From Gemmatimonadales bacterium (GTDB lineage Bacteria; Gemmatimonadota; Gemmatimonadetes; Gemmatimonadales; GWC2-71-9): a stretch of DNA of 64,000 nt. Shown here piece by piece: positions 37,801 through 46,435 of the stretch. The position numbers and the translations under genes are program-made. Below the pieces are notes generated by a model. It worked only from the letters and a program-made list of their open reading frames with translations, was not told the DNA's origin and searched no databases. Each line of letters starts with the position of its first letter. Positions within the stretch are counted from its first letter, which is position 1. The stretch lies in assembly GCA_011772755.1 (NCBI GenBank), contig WVYX01000192.1:1856-65855 (forward strand), in the 5' to 3' direction.

Positions 37801-38146
37801 GTCGGAAAGGCTCGGTGACGCCGCCCGTACCCTCGCCGATAGTGGTGATATTGTTCTGTTGGAACTCGCTATGTGACGCGAACAGGATGATTGGCTGGCG
37901 CTCGCGGTATCGATGATTGAGGATGCGTGACAGCCGACCGTAGGCCCGCTCCGCCATGCGTGCCCCATCCAGCGCCGCCTCCCGTTCACCTGCGTAGAAG
38001 TACACGTCGAAGTGCTCCGTCTCGATTACAGCAAAGTCGAGATGGCGGTACTGGACCTTGTTTCGGCCGAAGTACTGCGCCGGCAACGGCGTGGTGAGTA
38101 ACACCGTTGCGCACACGGCCAGTTCGACGATTCGACGCATCGGCAC
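34883..38146 (-). CDS. Omp85-family outer-membrane beta-barrel fused to an HExxH peptidase-like domain and a PD40/TolB-type beta-propeller
   Basis: Signal peptide. HEIVH at residues 135-139. Five W/SPDG PD40 repeats (SPVISPDGQ, AWSPDGQ, PSWSPDGT, PSWSPDGR, QWGPDGR). P/A/S-rich linker. C-terminal surface-antigen barrel (FFDVGLAW ... ADYSKP ... LSLGPTF, terminal Phe). Confidence 0.8.
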   Translation of the reverse strand: MPMRRIVELAVCATVLLTTPLPAQYFGRNKVQYRHLDFAVIETEHFDVYFYAGEREAALDGARMAERAYGRLSRILNHRYRERQPIILFASHSEFQQNNITTIGEGTGGVTEPFRHRVLLPFTGSYAEFEHVLQHEIVHQFQFDVFARGQVGAGIQRLISVSPPLWFMEGMAEYLSLGPIDPQTAMWVRDAALEGGLPSIEQLTWDPRYSPYRFGHALWSYIGERWGDEAVGEILHAASISGVQGAFRRALGVTLEDLVEQWQDAVQRTYLPQIADLQQARQFSHPVLTRRRSNGTLHISPVISPDGQDIAYLSEGNSFFIDLYLADAETGLVKKRLIKSAFSSDFESLRFLNSAGAWSPDGQFFAIAVKHAGVDDLVIFDMQRTRVHKRIEVPLHGVTTPSWSPDGTQLVFTGYDGGFSDLFIVDADGANLRRLTNDRFADLHPSWSPDGRTIAFATDRGPHTDLRSLQVGPLSIGLYDLQGHSIDVLDRMSGNNTNPQWGPDGRSIAFLSDRTGIPNLFLFDFDDRETYQLTDVFTGVSGITPLSPAISWARTADRLVFTYYEKGEFNVYAADNPRSLKGRPYDESAPRPIVASLISDRPDTAAPPGQDRAALQYTPVATPAPGDSAGAIRRGEPPGAAARPSTGRRSLYRSAAGLRTSASTPEATDSSPAPISVKALLDSAAFELPDSLAFMFRDYSSKLSVDYVVQPSVGYVRDNFGSGFFGGSAISLSDMLGNHRVLAAGQVNGRIEEAQVLAIYANLSRRINWAVGISQTPYFFFTQSEFGLDSVGNPTLTTTLERFIVREAFADALRPFNRFRRVELGIRAANVSRAAVDIIDTFDPASMLVLDRDRQDRGLGGINYFQPSLALVFDNSVSLWVGPFMGRRSRFEYAPAFGDWTFHQLLGDYRRYDHLFGPFTFASRFLFFGRFGRDSNQFPIFLGTPELLRGYTSGSLRNNECRSDASGSFSGCGALDQLIGSRVAVFNAELRFPLLRNVALGFAPIGLPPIEGAVFFDVGLAWRDGVDVVFSRAPDANKDLVRQPLASWGISIRGNLLGFMIVRADYSKPISREEQGSYWTLSLGPTF

Positions 38147-38431
38147 CTACCCGACTGACTCAGTGGAGACGGCGGGCGCGTCGGCCCACAGCCGCTCCAG
38201 TTGATAGTACGCGCGGAGCGTGGGATGGAAAATGTGGACGACGACGTCCACATAGTCCAGCAACGCCCATCGCCCTGCGGCCACTCCCTCAATATGGTGA
38301 GGGCGGCCCCCTGCTCGGTCAATGGCCTGTATCACATGCTCGGCTAGTGCACGGACATGCACATCCGAGGAACCGGACGCGATTACGAAGAAATCGGCGG
38401 CGTCACTGACCTTTCTCAGATCCAGCACCAC
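38147..38431 (-). CDS. rsfS: Ribosomal silencing factor RsfS (Iojap family)
   Basis: VLDLRKVSDAADFFVIASGSSDVHVRALAEHV ... WALLDYVDVVVHIFHP ... YYQLERLW. Family-like sequence continues upstream of the first canonical start (GTG 38431), so the true 5' end is probably further upstream. Confidence 0.85.
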   Translation of the reverse strand: MVLDLRKVSDAADFFVIASGSSDVHVRALAEHVIQAIDRAGGRPHHIEGVAAGRWALLDYVDVVVHIFHPTLRAYYQLERLWADAPAVSTESVG

Positions 38432-38499
38432 GAGCTCGAGCGCCTTGTGTGCTTCCAGCGCACCGACGGCGAGCCGCAGTTCTCGGCGCGCGTCGCTCC

Positions 38500-40383
38500 C
38501 TATCTTGTCGTATCGAGTTCTGCTGCGAATTGTTCCGCGGCTTCCGAAGGTGCTGCGTCCTCAACCTGGTAAAATATACCCCATGCCCCTGGTCCAGTGT
38601 GCACACCGAGCGCGGCCGTCACTTCACTGACGTGGCACTCGCGCGGCGAATAGCCGCGCACCAGCTCCTCCTTCAGAGCCTGTGCCAGCTCCGGGACGCC
38701 GGCATGCGCCACTCCCAGGCGCAGTACCGCGGGTCGGGGCGTGAGCCGGCGATCGAGATGCTCGAGTACCCGCGGGACCAGGGCGTCCCGACCGCGGACT
38801 CGGTCCAGCGGCGCGATCCGTCCCTCCGGCGTCACCTCGAGGATCGGCTTGATGTGCAGCAGACCACCGAGCCAGGCACGTCCCCGGCTCACCCGACCCG
38901 AGCGGAGCAGGTTCTCGAACGTATCTACCGTGAAGAAGCCCCCAGACTGGTCGCGCACGCGGTTCAGTTCCCGCACGATCTCCGCCACGCTCCAGCCTGC
39001 ATCGACCAGCTCTACCGCGCGCAACGCGAGCATCCCGAGCCCGTAGGACGCCGACCGCGAGTCCACAATGGTCACTGAGTTGCCCTGGCTGCAGGCCTGA
39101 GTTGCTGCCTGCGCTGACGCCAGCGTGCCGGACAGCTGACCGGCTATGAACAGGCCGAGGACCTCATCTGCACTTGAGCAAGCGTCTTGAAACGCGTTGA
39201 CGAAAGCACCTGGCGGAGGCTGTGAGGTGGTGAAGATCTCGCCCCCCTCCTGCATCCGGCGGTAGAGTTCCTCTCCCTGGATATCGACCCGGTCGGCGTA
39301 GGTCCGCTCGCCAGCGATGACTTGGAGAGGGACCACCACCATGCCGTGGACATCCAGCAGACGATCCGGTAGGTCGCAGGAGGAATCCACGACGATGGCG
39401 ATTCGGCGACGTGCGGCGTGCAACGCACGGTGCTGCTCCCGGATGTCGTCCGCTTTAGTGGTTTCAATGGCGCCCCAAGTGGCCGCGAGGTCGAAGACCT
39501 GGTGGGGGGCGTCCGTGTGCACGTGGACCTTCAGCAGGTCGTCGGTTGCAAGCACGACGATCGAGCCGCCGAGGCGCCGTAGCTGCGTTCGGATCTCGAT
39601 GCTGGGTGGGAAGTTGCTCCCCCGAACCAGCACTTCCGTGCAGTAGCCGTAATCGCGCTCAGCTGCGACCTCCGCAAGTGCCGCAGCATCCGGAACGGTG
39701 TACGCAATCGGCTCCGTGGCTGGTAGGATCGGGTCGCCCTCCATCAGGCGGACGACACCCTCGAGTACCCGGATGAATGCCTTGGCGCCGGCATCGACCA
39801 CGCCTGATTCCTTCAGCACGGCGAGGAGCTCGGGAGTGCGTCTCAGAGAGACCTCACCCCGTGCCAGGACGTGGTGCATCATCTCCTGCAGGTTCGTCGT
39901 GCGCTCTGCCGCCCACTCTGCGGCGGTAGCAACGTCCCGGGAGACTGTGAGGATCGTGCCTTCCACGGGCTCGTCCAGCGAGCGGTAGAGCCGCTCGGCT
40001 CCCCTCCGCATGGCGCGGGCCACATCCTCGGGTGCCGCGGTCTCGAGATCTCCCAGGGCTTCGCGGAAGCCCAGCAGGAACTGGGAAAGGAGCATGCCCG
40101 AGTTGCCACGTGCCCCGAATACGCAGGCCTCCGCCATCGCCTTTGTCACTACGGGGAGCTTCGCCGTCTCCAGAGCACGCACTGCCTCGGCTGTAGCGCG
40201 CAGGGTCATGGCGAAGTTCGTGCCAGTATCTCCGTCGGGGACCGGGAACACGTTGATGCGGTTGAGTTCCTCGCGCCAGGCGTCCACCCAGTCGGCGGCG
40301 GCGAGGAGCGACCGGCGGAGACGGACGCCGTCGAGGTAGGCGATCCCGACAGCGGCGTGACTCACTATTCTTTCACCACCCAC
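38500..40383 (-). CDS. DAK2 (DhaL-like) domain protein fused to a DegV-type fatty-acid-binding domain (FakA/YloV-like)
   Basis: N-terminal NVFPVPDGDTGTN Dak2 motif, middle GYCTEVLV ... LKVHVHTD module, C-terminal IAIVVDSSCDLP ... TTSQPPPGAF DegV signature. Alternative GTG start at 40365 overlaps the rplI stop by 1 nt. Confidence 0.8.
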   Translation of the reverse strand: MGGERIVSHAAVGIAYLDGVRLRRSLLAAADWVDAWREELNRINVFPVPDGDTGTNFAMTLRATAEAVRALETAKLPVVTKAMAEACVFGARGNSGMLLSQFLLGFREALGDLETAAPEDVARAMRRGAERLYRSLDEPVEGTILTVSRDVATAAEWAAERTTNLQEMMHHVLARGEVSLRRTPELLAVLKESGVVDAGAKAFIRVLEGVVRLMEGDPILPATEPIAYTVPDAAALAEVAAERDYGYCTEVLVRGSNFPPSIEIRTQLRRLGGSIVVLATDDLLKVHVHTDAPHQVFDLAATWGAIETTKADDIREQHRALHAARRRIAIVVDSSCDLPDRLLDVHGMVVVPLQVIAGERTYADRVDIQGEELYRRMQEGGEIFTTSQPPPGAFVNAFQDACSSADEVLGLFIAGQLSGTLASAQAATQACSQGNSVTIVDSRSASYGLGMLALRAVELVDAGWSVAEIVRELNRVRDQSGGFFTVDTFENLLRSGRVSRGRAWLGGLLHIKPILEVTPEGRIAPLDRVRGRDALVPRVLEHLDRRLTPRPAVLRLGVAHAGVPELAQALKEELVRGYSPRECHVSEVTAALGVHTGPGAWGIFYQVEDAAPSEAAEQFAAELDTTR

Positions 40384-40808
40384 ACTCTGACTTCGGCGCG
40401 CACCTCGGGGTGCAGCCGCACCGGCACCTTGTAGACGCCGATCATCTTGATCGGTTCCTCCAGCTCGACCGCCCGCTTGTCCACCGAGTATCCCAGGTCG
40501 CCGAGCTGTCCAGCGATGTCGGCCGAGGTGATCGAACCGAAGAGCTTGTCACCCTCTCCAGCTCTTGCCGTGAAGTGAAGCTCCAGGCTGTCCAGCTGGG
40601 CCGCGACTGTTTCGGCGTCCGATTGCTCGGCCGCCGTTCGCACCGCGCGGTGCTTGGACTCCGCTTCGACCTGGCGCTTGTTTCCTTTCGTTGCCAGATA
40701 GGCTTTTCCCTGCGGGATCAGGTAGTTACGTCCGTACCCGTCTTTGACCTTCACGATCTCGCCGACGCGCCCCAGGTTCGGGATCGTTTCACGCAGAATC
40801 ACTTCCAT
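40365..40808 (-). CDS. rplI: 50S ribosomal protein L9
   Basis: MEVILRETIPNLGRVGEIVKVKDGYGRNYLIPQGKA N-terminal signature. 147 aa. Confidence 0.95.
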   Translation of the reverse strand: MEVILRETIPNLGRVGEIVKVKDGYGRNYLIPQGKAYLATKGNKRQVEAESKHRAVRTAAEQSDAETVAAQLDSLELHFTARAGEGDKLFGSITSADIAGQLGDLGYSVDKRAVELEEPIKMIGVYKVPVRLHPEVRAEVRVWVVKE

Positions 40809-40811
40809 GGT

Positions 40812-41789
40812 CTATTCACTCGCTGGCGGTGTGGCCCACCGCCGTCTCAGGTCCAGGCCTGCATCTAACACCCCTAACACCATGGCACCGCCGAGGACGA
40901 GAGGCAACAGCACGACCACGGCGACGGCAATCAGCACCGTGAGCAGGGCACCCCCGCCCCCCAGCATGTGCAGGCCGAAGGCGGCAACTGCGGCACCACG
41001 GAGGATGTACAAGGTACCGGTTATCAGCAGCACGTTTGCAGCAGCGGCCTTTGCCGCCGCGAGCGCCGGCACCAGCAACACGACCAGCGGTACCGCCACG
41101 GCCCAGCCGAAGTGCTCCGAGAACCGGAAGTGCCGCAGCCGCTGTGGCGGAACGCCACGGGGCCGCCGCGCTATTCGGTAGTAGATCGCAGCCGCCAGGG
41201 TGAGGCCCACCAGCAGCTCCAGCCCGGTCACGGCTGGGAAGAAATCCGCCAGAAACCGCACCACACCTTGGAACAGCGCCTCGAGTTGCTCCAGCGTCGG
41301 TTGGGGGGTCTGAGTCGCGGCCCCCCCGGTTTCCGGCGGCGCCACCGACCATAGCCGCCCGATCAGCGAGCGCGCGGCGAGCCCCGTGCGGTGTGCTACC
41401 CACCAGCGGAGCTCACCCCAGGATGAGCCTAGGGCGACCATTAGCGCGCCGGTTCCTGCCGCCGCAGCTGCGATGGCGAGGAGCCCGCGGTGGGTGAAGG
41501 GCACCCGCGTCCGGAGCGTCATCCCGACGAACACGGCGGTGGTCAGGACGGCGCTGGCGCGTACCAGCTGGTCCGGGAGTTCGCCGGGGGCCAGCAGCCA
41601 CCAGGCGCTGTACCCGGCGGCCACTCCCGCTGCCACCAACTCGGTCCGCGTGTGAGGATGCGATACCACCAGCAGCACCGCCAGCGGTAGGGCGGCCAGA
41701 GCTACCGGGGCGAAGACGGCGAACGCAACGGCGCCGACGACCAGACGCCCGAGCCCGCCGGTCGGCGCCTGCTCGGACGGCAATGCCAT
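40812..41789 (-). CDS. Polytopic membrane protein (DUF2232/YybS-like by position and topology)
   Basis: About 8 hydrophobic helices. Sits between rpsR and rplI as yybS does in Firmicutes. ATG 41789 lies 1 nt after the rpsR stop; the track start at 41879 would overlap rpsR. Confidence 0.55.
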   Translation of the reverse strand: MALPSEQAPTGGLGRLVVGAVAFAVFAPVALAALPLAVLLVVSHPHTRTELVAAGVAAGYSAWWLLAPGELPDQLVRASAVLTTAVFVGMTLRTRVPFTHRGLLAIAAAAAGTGALMVALGSSWGELRWWVAHRTGLAARSLIGRLWSVAPPETGGAATQTPQPTLEQLEALFQGVVRFLADFFPAVTGLELLVGLTLAAAIYYRIARRPRGVPPQRLRHFRFSEHFGWAVAVPLVVLLVPALAAAKAAAANVLLITGTLYILRGAAVAAFGLHMLGGGGALLTVLIAVAVVVLLPLVLGGAMVLGVLDAGLDLRRRWATPPASE

Positions 41790-41790
41790 G

Positions 41791-42012
41791 TCAGCGGGCG
41801 TGGCCGCGGATGAACGGCAAGAGCGCGAGCTGGCGGGCGCGCTTGATGGCCCGTGCGAGCTGTCGCTGGTGCCGGGCACACATCCCCGACAGGCGGCTGG
41901 GAATGATCTTCCCGCGCTCGGTCAAGAAGCGAGACAGGGTTCGCTCATCCTTGTAGTCTAGAGTTCGAACCCCCATCTCACAGACGGGACAAGTCTTCTG
42001 CTGGCGCCTCAT
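41791..42012 (-). CDS. rpsR: 30S ribosomal protein S18
   Basis: [25 protein letters not shown] ... [15 protein letters not shown] signature. 73 aa. Confidence 0.95.
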   Translation of the reverse strand: MRRQQKTCPVCEMGVRTLDYKDERTLSRFLTERGKIIPSRLSGMCARHQRQLARAIKRARQLALLPFIRGHAR

Positions 42013-42383
42013 TCCGCTTCCTCCTCGCTCTCATCAGTGCCGTTGTGGTCCGCCGCGGCCTGCTGGGCCGGCGCACTCACCGGCGCCAGGCCCTCGTTCA
42101 CAACGAGGAGATGCCGCAGAACGGCCTCGTCCAGCTTGATGGATCGCTCCAGCTCGCCCAGCAATTCGGGGTCGGCCTCGAACTGTGCGACCACGTAGTA
42201 CCCCACCTGTCTCCCCTTGATGGCGTATGCCAGGGTGCGTTTGCCCCAGTGGTTGGTTGAGACAACTGGATTGGGCGATTCGTGACTCTTGAGGAGAGCG
42301 TGGAAGCGGTCGAGGCGCTCGTTGATCTGAGCTTCTTCCAGCGCGCTGTCGAAGATGTAGACGAGCTCGTACTGGCGAGTCAT
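42009..42383 (-). CDS. rpsF: 30S ribosomal protein S6
   Basis: [11 protein letters not shown] ... [10 protein letters not shown] signature with an acidic tail. ATG 42383 is preceded by AAGGA. The 4-nt overlap with rpsR leaves no ssb/priB gene between them. Confidence 0.92.
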   Translation of the reverse strand: MTRQYELVYIFDSALEEAQINERLDRFHALLKSHESPNPVVSTNHWGKRTLAYAIKGRQVGYYVVAQFEADPELLGELERSIKLDEAVLRHLLVVNEGLAPVSAPAQQAAADHNGTDESEEEAE

Positions 42384-42501
42384 GGCACCATCCTTTGGAC
42401 AAAATGACCCGGCCCAGGTGCAGGACCGAGTAGGTGATATGGACACTGCAACATAGTGGGTCGGGGGTCAGGCGGGTAGGGGACCCCGTTTCCGCGTTCC
42501 C

Positions 42502-43602
42502 TCAGACGTGGAACCGAAACAGCAGCACCTCACCGTCCTGCACCACGTACTCCCGTCCCTCGCTCCGGGTCAGCCCCTGTTCTCTGGCCGCCTTGTACGA
42601 GCCCGCCTTGATGAACTCTTCCACGTGCAGAGTTTCCGCCCTGATGAATCCCCGCTGGAAGTCCGAATGGATCTCGCCGGCGGCCTCGAACGCGGTGGCC
42701 CCGATCCGAATCGTCCAGGCGCGCACCTCATGCTCTCCCACCGAGAAGAAGGTGTGGAGGTTGAGTAGACGGTAGCCGGCGTGAATCAGACGCTCGAGCC
42801 CCGGACTGCTGATTCCTGCAGCGGCGAGAAACTCCCCACGTTCCGCCGCGTTCAGCTGTGCCAGCTCGGCCTCGAACTTGGCGGAGAACACCACCACTTC
42901 CGCCTCCTCGTCGTGGGCGCGGGCCGTGGCCCGCAACGCCTCCACGGCCGGCGTGGTGGCCTGTCCCAGCTCTGCCTCATTCACGTTGGCAGCATAAAGA
43001 ACCGGCTTGAGCGTTAGGATGCCCAGCTGCCCGAGGTACTGTCGGTCACTCGTCGACGTCACCGCTGCACGGGCTCCGCGGCCCGCATTGAGTTCGGTCA
43101 GGACGAGATCGAGTATCGCCTGTTCCGCTTGCGCCTCCTTGTCCCCCGAGCGGGCGGTCTTCACCACCCGTTCCCGGCGCCGTTCAATTACGGCGAGGTC
43201 CGCCAGCGCCAGCTCGCTGGTTATGACGTCGTGATCCCGCTCCGGCGCCACCTCCCCCCCCACGTGAGCTACGTCCGGATCGTCGAAGCACCGCACCACG
43301 TGCACGATGGCGTCGACGTTGCGCACGTGGGACAAGAACTGGTTGCCCAGTCCCTCGCCCCGACTCGCTCCCTCAACCAGCCCAGCGATGTCCACGAACT
43401 CCACAGTGGCCGGCACACGGTGTTCCTGACCCACAGTGTCCGCCAGTCGGTGCAGTCGATCGTCCGGCACGGGCACGATGCCCATGTTCGGCTCGACGGT
43501 GCAGAAAGGGTAGTTATCTGCGGCGGCGCTGGCGCTGGTCAGGGCGTTGAACAGGGTGGTCTTACCCACGTTGGGGAGGCCGATTATGCCCAGACGTAGC
43601 AT
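42502..43602 (-). CDS. ychF: Ribosome-binding ATPase YchF
   Basis: [19 protein letters not shown]-loop, C-terminal TGS-like [15 protein letters not shown] 43602 within the track ORF. Confidence 0.93.
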   Translation of the reverse strand: MLRLGIIGLPNVGKTTLFNALTSASAAADNYPFCTVEPNMGIVPVPDDRLHRLADTVGQEHRVPATVEFVDIAGLVEGASRGEGLGNQFLSHVRNVDAIVHVVRCFDDPDVAHVGGEVAPERDHDVITSELALADLAVIERRRERVVKTARSGDKEAQAEQAILDLVLTELNAGRGARAAVTSTSDRQYLGQLGILTLKPVLYAANVNEAELGQATTPAVEALRATARAHDEEAEVVVFSAKFEAELAQLNAAERGEFLAAAGISSPGLERLIHAGYRLLNLHTFFSVGEHEVRAWTIRIGATAFEAAGEIHSDFQRGFIRAETLHVEEFIKAGSYKAAREQGLTRSEGREYVVQDGEVLLFRFHV

Positions 43603-43796
43603 GTAGGGGAGTCGGAGTAGGGTGGAGGAGAGAAGCCAACACACCTACACGCACGGCGGCTGGTCGTGGTAAGTGTGCCGCCGGGAGCCCCGGCGAATCC
43701 GGTCGTCAGTTCGCTCTGCCGGCTACGAGCGCCACACCGCTCGGCGTCCAGACGTCCACGCGTCTTCTGTGTCGTCTTGTACCTGCCTCCTGCGTG

Positions 43797-45854
43797 TTAC
43801 CCGATAAACCAGGGCGCCAGCACCAGGCTCACCACCGACATCAGCTTGATCAGGATGTTCATGGATGGGCCGCTGGTGTCCTTGAAGGGATCCCCCACAG
43901 TGTCGCCTACGACTGCCGCCTTGTGGGGCTCGGAACCCTTGCCGCCGTGGGCGCCTGCTTCAATGTGCTTCTTGGCGTTGTCCCACGCGCCCCCCGCGTT
44001 GGCCATGAAGAGGGCCAGCATGACACCCGTCAGGGTGGCACCGGCAAGCAGCCCACCCAGCGTCTCGACGCCGAGCAGCTTGCCCACCACCACGGGTGCC
44101 GTTACGGCGGTCACACCCGGGAGAATCATCTCGCGCAGCGCGGCTCGCGTCGAGATGTCCACACAGCGAGCGCTGTCGGGCGTTGCCTTCCCCTCCATCA
44201 GACCGACGATCTCTCGGAACTGGCGTCGGACTTCCTGCACCATTCCCTCCGCAGCACGGCCTACCGCGGTCATGGTCGCCGCCGCGATGAAGAATGGCAG
44301 AATGCCGCCCAGGAATATGCCGATGACGACCTTGGGATCCGCGATGTTCAGCAGTATCGGTTCGGCCTCTTGCGGCGTTACCGCGTTGGTGTAGGCGCTG
44401 AACAGCGCCAGGGCCGTTAGCGCGGCGGACCCGATGGCGAAGCCCTTCCCGATGGCAGCCGTGGTGTTGCCCAGCGCGTCCAGGCCGTCGGTGATCTTGC
44501 GGACTTCCGGGCCAAGCCCGCTCATCTCGCTGATGCCGCCCGCGTTGTCCGCGATCGGGCCGTAGGCGTCCACCGACATGGTGACGCCCACCGTCGCGAG
44601 CATGCCTACGGCGGCAATGCCGATCCCGTACAAGTCCGCGTTGGTGTAGGCGACGTAGATCGCGCCGCAGATGACCAGTAGCGGTACCGCCGTCGAGCGC
44701 ATCCCGACGGCAAGGCCGGAGATGATGTTCGTGGCGGGACCGGTCAGCGAAGCCTCGGCGATGATGCGGATCGGCCTGGCTGCCGTGTAGTACTCCGTGG
44801 TCACGCCGATCATGATGCCCGCAATGGTGCCCACCACGACGGCCCAGAACGGTCCTAGCTGGTTGGGCGTACCGTCGCCGGCCAGCAGGCCCACGTTCAC
44901 CCGGGAGGTGATGAAATACGCGGCGGCCAAGAAGAGGCCCGCCGCGATGAACGTTGCCCAGCGCAGAGCACCGGCCGGGCTGAACCCTTCCAGGATGCGG
45001 AACAGCCAGATCGCAATCAGGCTCGCCGCCAGGCCGGTGATGATGAAGAGCATTGGCAGGGCGACGGCCGCCAGCCGTTCGGTGATCGCGGGGCTGGTGG
45101 CCGCGATGGCGATGGTGGCGATGACGGCTCCGACGTAGCTCTCGAAGATGTCGGCGCCCATGCCGGCTACATCGCCCACGTTGTCCCCCACGTTGTCGGC
45201 GATGGTCGCCGGGTTCCGTGGATCGTCCTCGGGAATCCCGGCTTCGACCTTGCCGACCAGGTCGGCCCCCACGTCGGCGGCCTTGGTGTAGATCCCGCCG
45301 CCGACACGGGCAAAGAGGGCGATGGACGAGGCGCCCATGGCAAACCCCGTGATGATCTCGCTGAACGCCCGCCAGGCGCCCTCGGTCTCGGGAGACCCCA
45401 GGAAGACCTGAAGCACCACCCCGATGCCCAGCAGCCCCAGGCTCGCCACGGCCAGTCCCATGACAGCGCCGCCGTTGAACGCGACGCGGAGGGCCATGGC
45501 CTGTCCCTTGCCCCGAGCCGCTTCGCTGGTGCGGGCGTTGGCGCGGGTGGCCGAGTTCATACCGAAGAAGCCGGCGAGGACGGAGCAGATCCCGCCACCC
45601 AGGTACGCGACCGCCGTCGCCCAGCCGATCACCAGGCCGAGCAGGATCGCCACGATGCCAAGGAAGGGGAGGAGATACATGTATTCCCGCTTCAGGAATG
45701 CCATCGCGCCGGTGTGGACCGCCTGCTGCAGGTCCTGCATGCGTTGGTTGCCAGGAGGCTGGCGGCGGACGTAGAAAAAGGTGAGCCAGGCTATGATGAG
45801 GCCAACGATCCCGGCGACAATAGCGGACGTCGGCAGAAATGCGAATTCGCTCAC
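43797..45854 (-). CDS. hppA: Membrane-bound proton/sodium-translocating pyrophosphatase
   Basis: 685 aa, about 16 helices. [19 protein letters not shown] and [21 protein letters not shown] signatures. GTG start overlaps the pth stop (GTGA). Confidence 0.93.
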   Translation of the reverse strand: MSEFAFLPTSAIVAGIVGLIIAWLTFFYVRRQPPGNQRMQDLQQAVHTGAMAFLKREYMYLLPFLGIVAILLGLVIGWATAVAYLGGGICSVLAGFFGMNSATRANARTSEAARGKGQAMALRVAFNGGAVMGLAVASLGLLGIGVVLQVFLGSPETEGAWRAFSEIITGFAMGASSIALFARVGGGIYTKAADVGADLVGKVEAGIPEDDPRNPATIADNVGDNVGDVAGMGADIFESYVGAVIATIAIAATSPAITERLAAVALPMLFIITGLAASLIAIWLFRILEGFSPAGALRWATFIAAGLFLAAAYFITSRVNVGLLAGDGTPNQLGPFWAVVVGTIAGIMIGVTTEYYTAARPIRIIAEASLTGPATNIISGLAVGMRSTAVPLLVICGAIYVAYTNADLYGIGIAAVGMLATVGVTMSVDAYGPIADNAGGISEMSGLGPEVRKITDGLDALGNTTAAIGKGFAIGSAALTALALFSAYTNAVTPQEAEPILLNIADPKVVIGIFLGGILPFFIAAATMTAVGRAAEGMVQEVRRQFREIVGLMEGKATPDSARCVDISTRAALREMILPGVTAVTAPVVVGKLLGVETLGGLLAGATLTGVMLALFMANAGGAWDNAKKHIEAGAHGGKGSEPHKAAVVGDTVGDPFKDTSGPSMNILIKLMSVVSLVLAPWFIG

Positions 45855-46432
45855 TCTTCAGTTCCCTTTCGGTTGAAACGGTTCATGGCGACCTCGATGC
45901 CTTCCGTGAGCCAGCACTCGACTGCATCGACCAGCGGCGGCAGCAGGTCCGCCAGGACGGACAGTTCGTCGGGCTGGAAGGGTGCCAGGACGAACTCCGC
46001 CTGGTCTTCTACCTCGTCGGGCACCGGACCGATACCGATCCGGAGCCGGTCGTACTCCTGGGTTCCCAGCGCCGCTTCCACGCTTTCGAGACCGTTGTGG
46101 CCGCCCGCCGAGCCTCGCGCGCGCAGGCGAAATGTACCCAGCGGCAGTGCGAGATCGTCGACCAGTACCAGGAGATCGCGGGCGGGATCGAATCCGGGAG
46201 AAGCGAGCATGGGGCTGAGCGCATCGCCGCTGCGGTTCATGTAAGTCAACGGCTTGACTAGCAGGAATGACAAGTCACCCCGCGTGCCCTCCGACACCAG
46301 GGCGCGCTCTGCCCGCCGAAAATCGGGGAGCTGCCACTGTTCGGCCAGCACATCGGCCAACAGGAAGCCGGCATTGTGCCGGGTGACCGCGTACTGGGGA
46401 CCTGGGTTTCCCAGCGCGACGACGGCGCGCAG
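45851..46432 (-). CDS. pth: Peptidyl-tRNA hydrolase, probable CTG start
   Basis: The conserved N-terminus [20 protein letters not shown] lies upstream of the track start (TTG 46360). The only codons between the rplY TAG and this motif are CCA CTG CGC GCC. AAGGAG (46439-46444) sits 6 nt 5' of the CTG at 46432-46430. Confidence 0.8.
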   Translation of the reverse strand: MRAVVALGNPGPQYAVTRHNAGFLLADVLAEQWQLPDFRRAERALVSEGTRGDLSFLLVKPLTYMNRSGDALSPMLASPGFDPARDLLVLVDDLALPLGTFRLRARGSAGGHNGLESVEAALGTQEYDRLRIGIGPVPDEVEDQAEFVLAPFQPDELSVLADLLPPLVDAVECWLTEGIEVAMNRFNRKGTEE

Positions 46433-46435
46433 TGG

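Noticed and set aside
43666-45138. Plus-strand ORFs (242, 208, 113 aa) opposite hppA
   Set aside because: They are antisense to a highly conserved membrane pyrophosphatase frame and have shadow-ORF composition.
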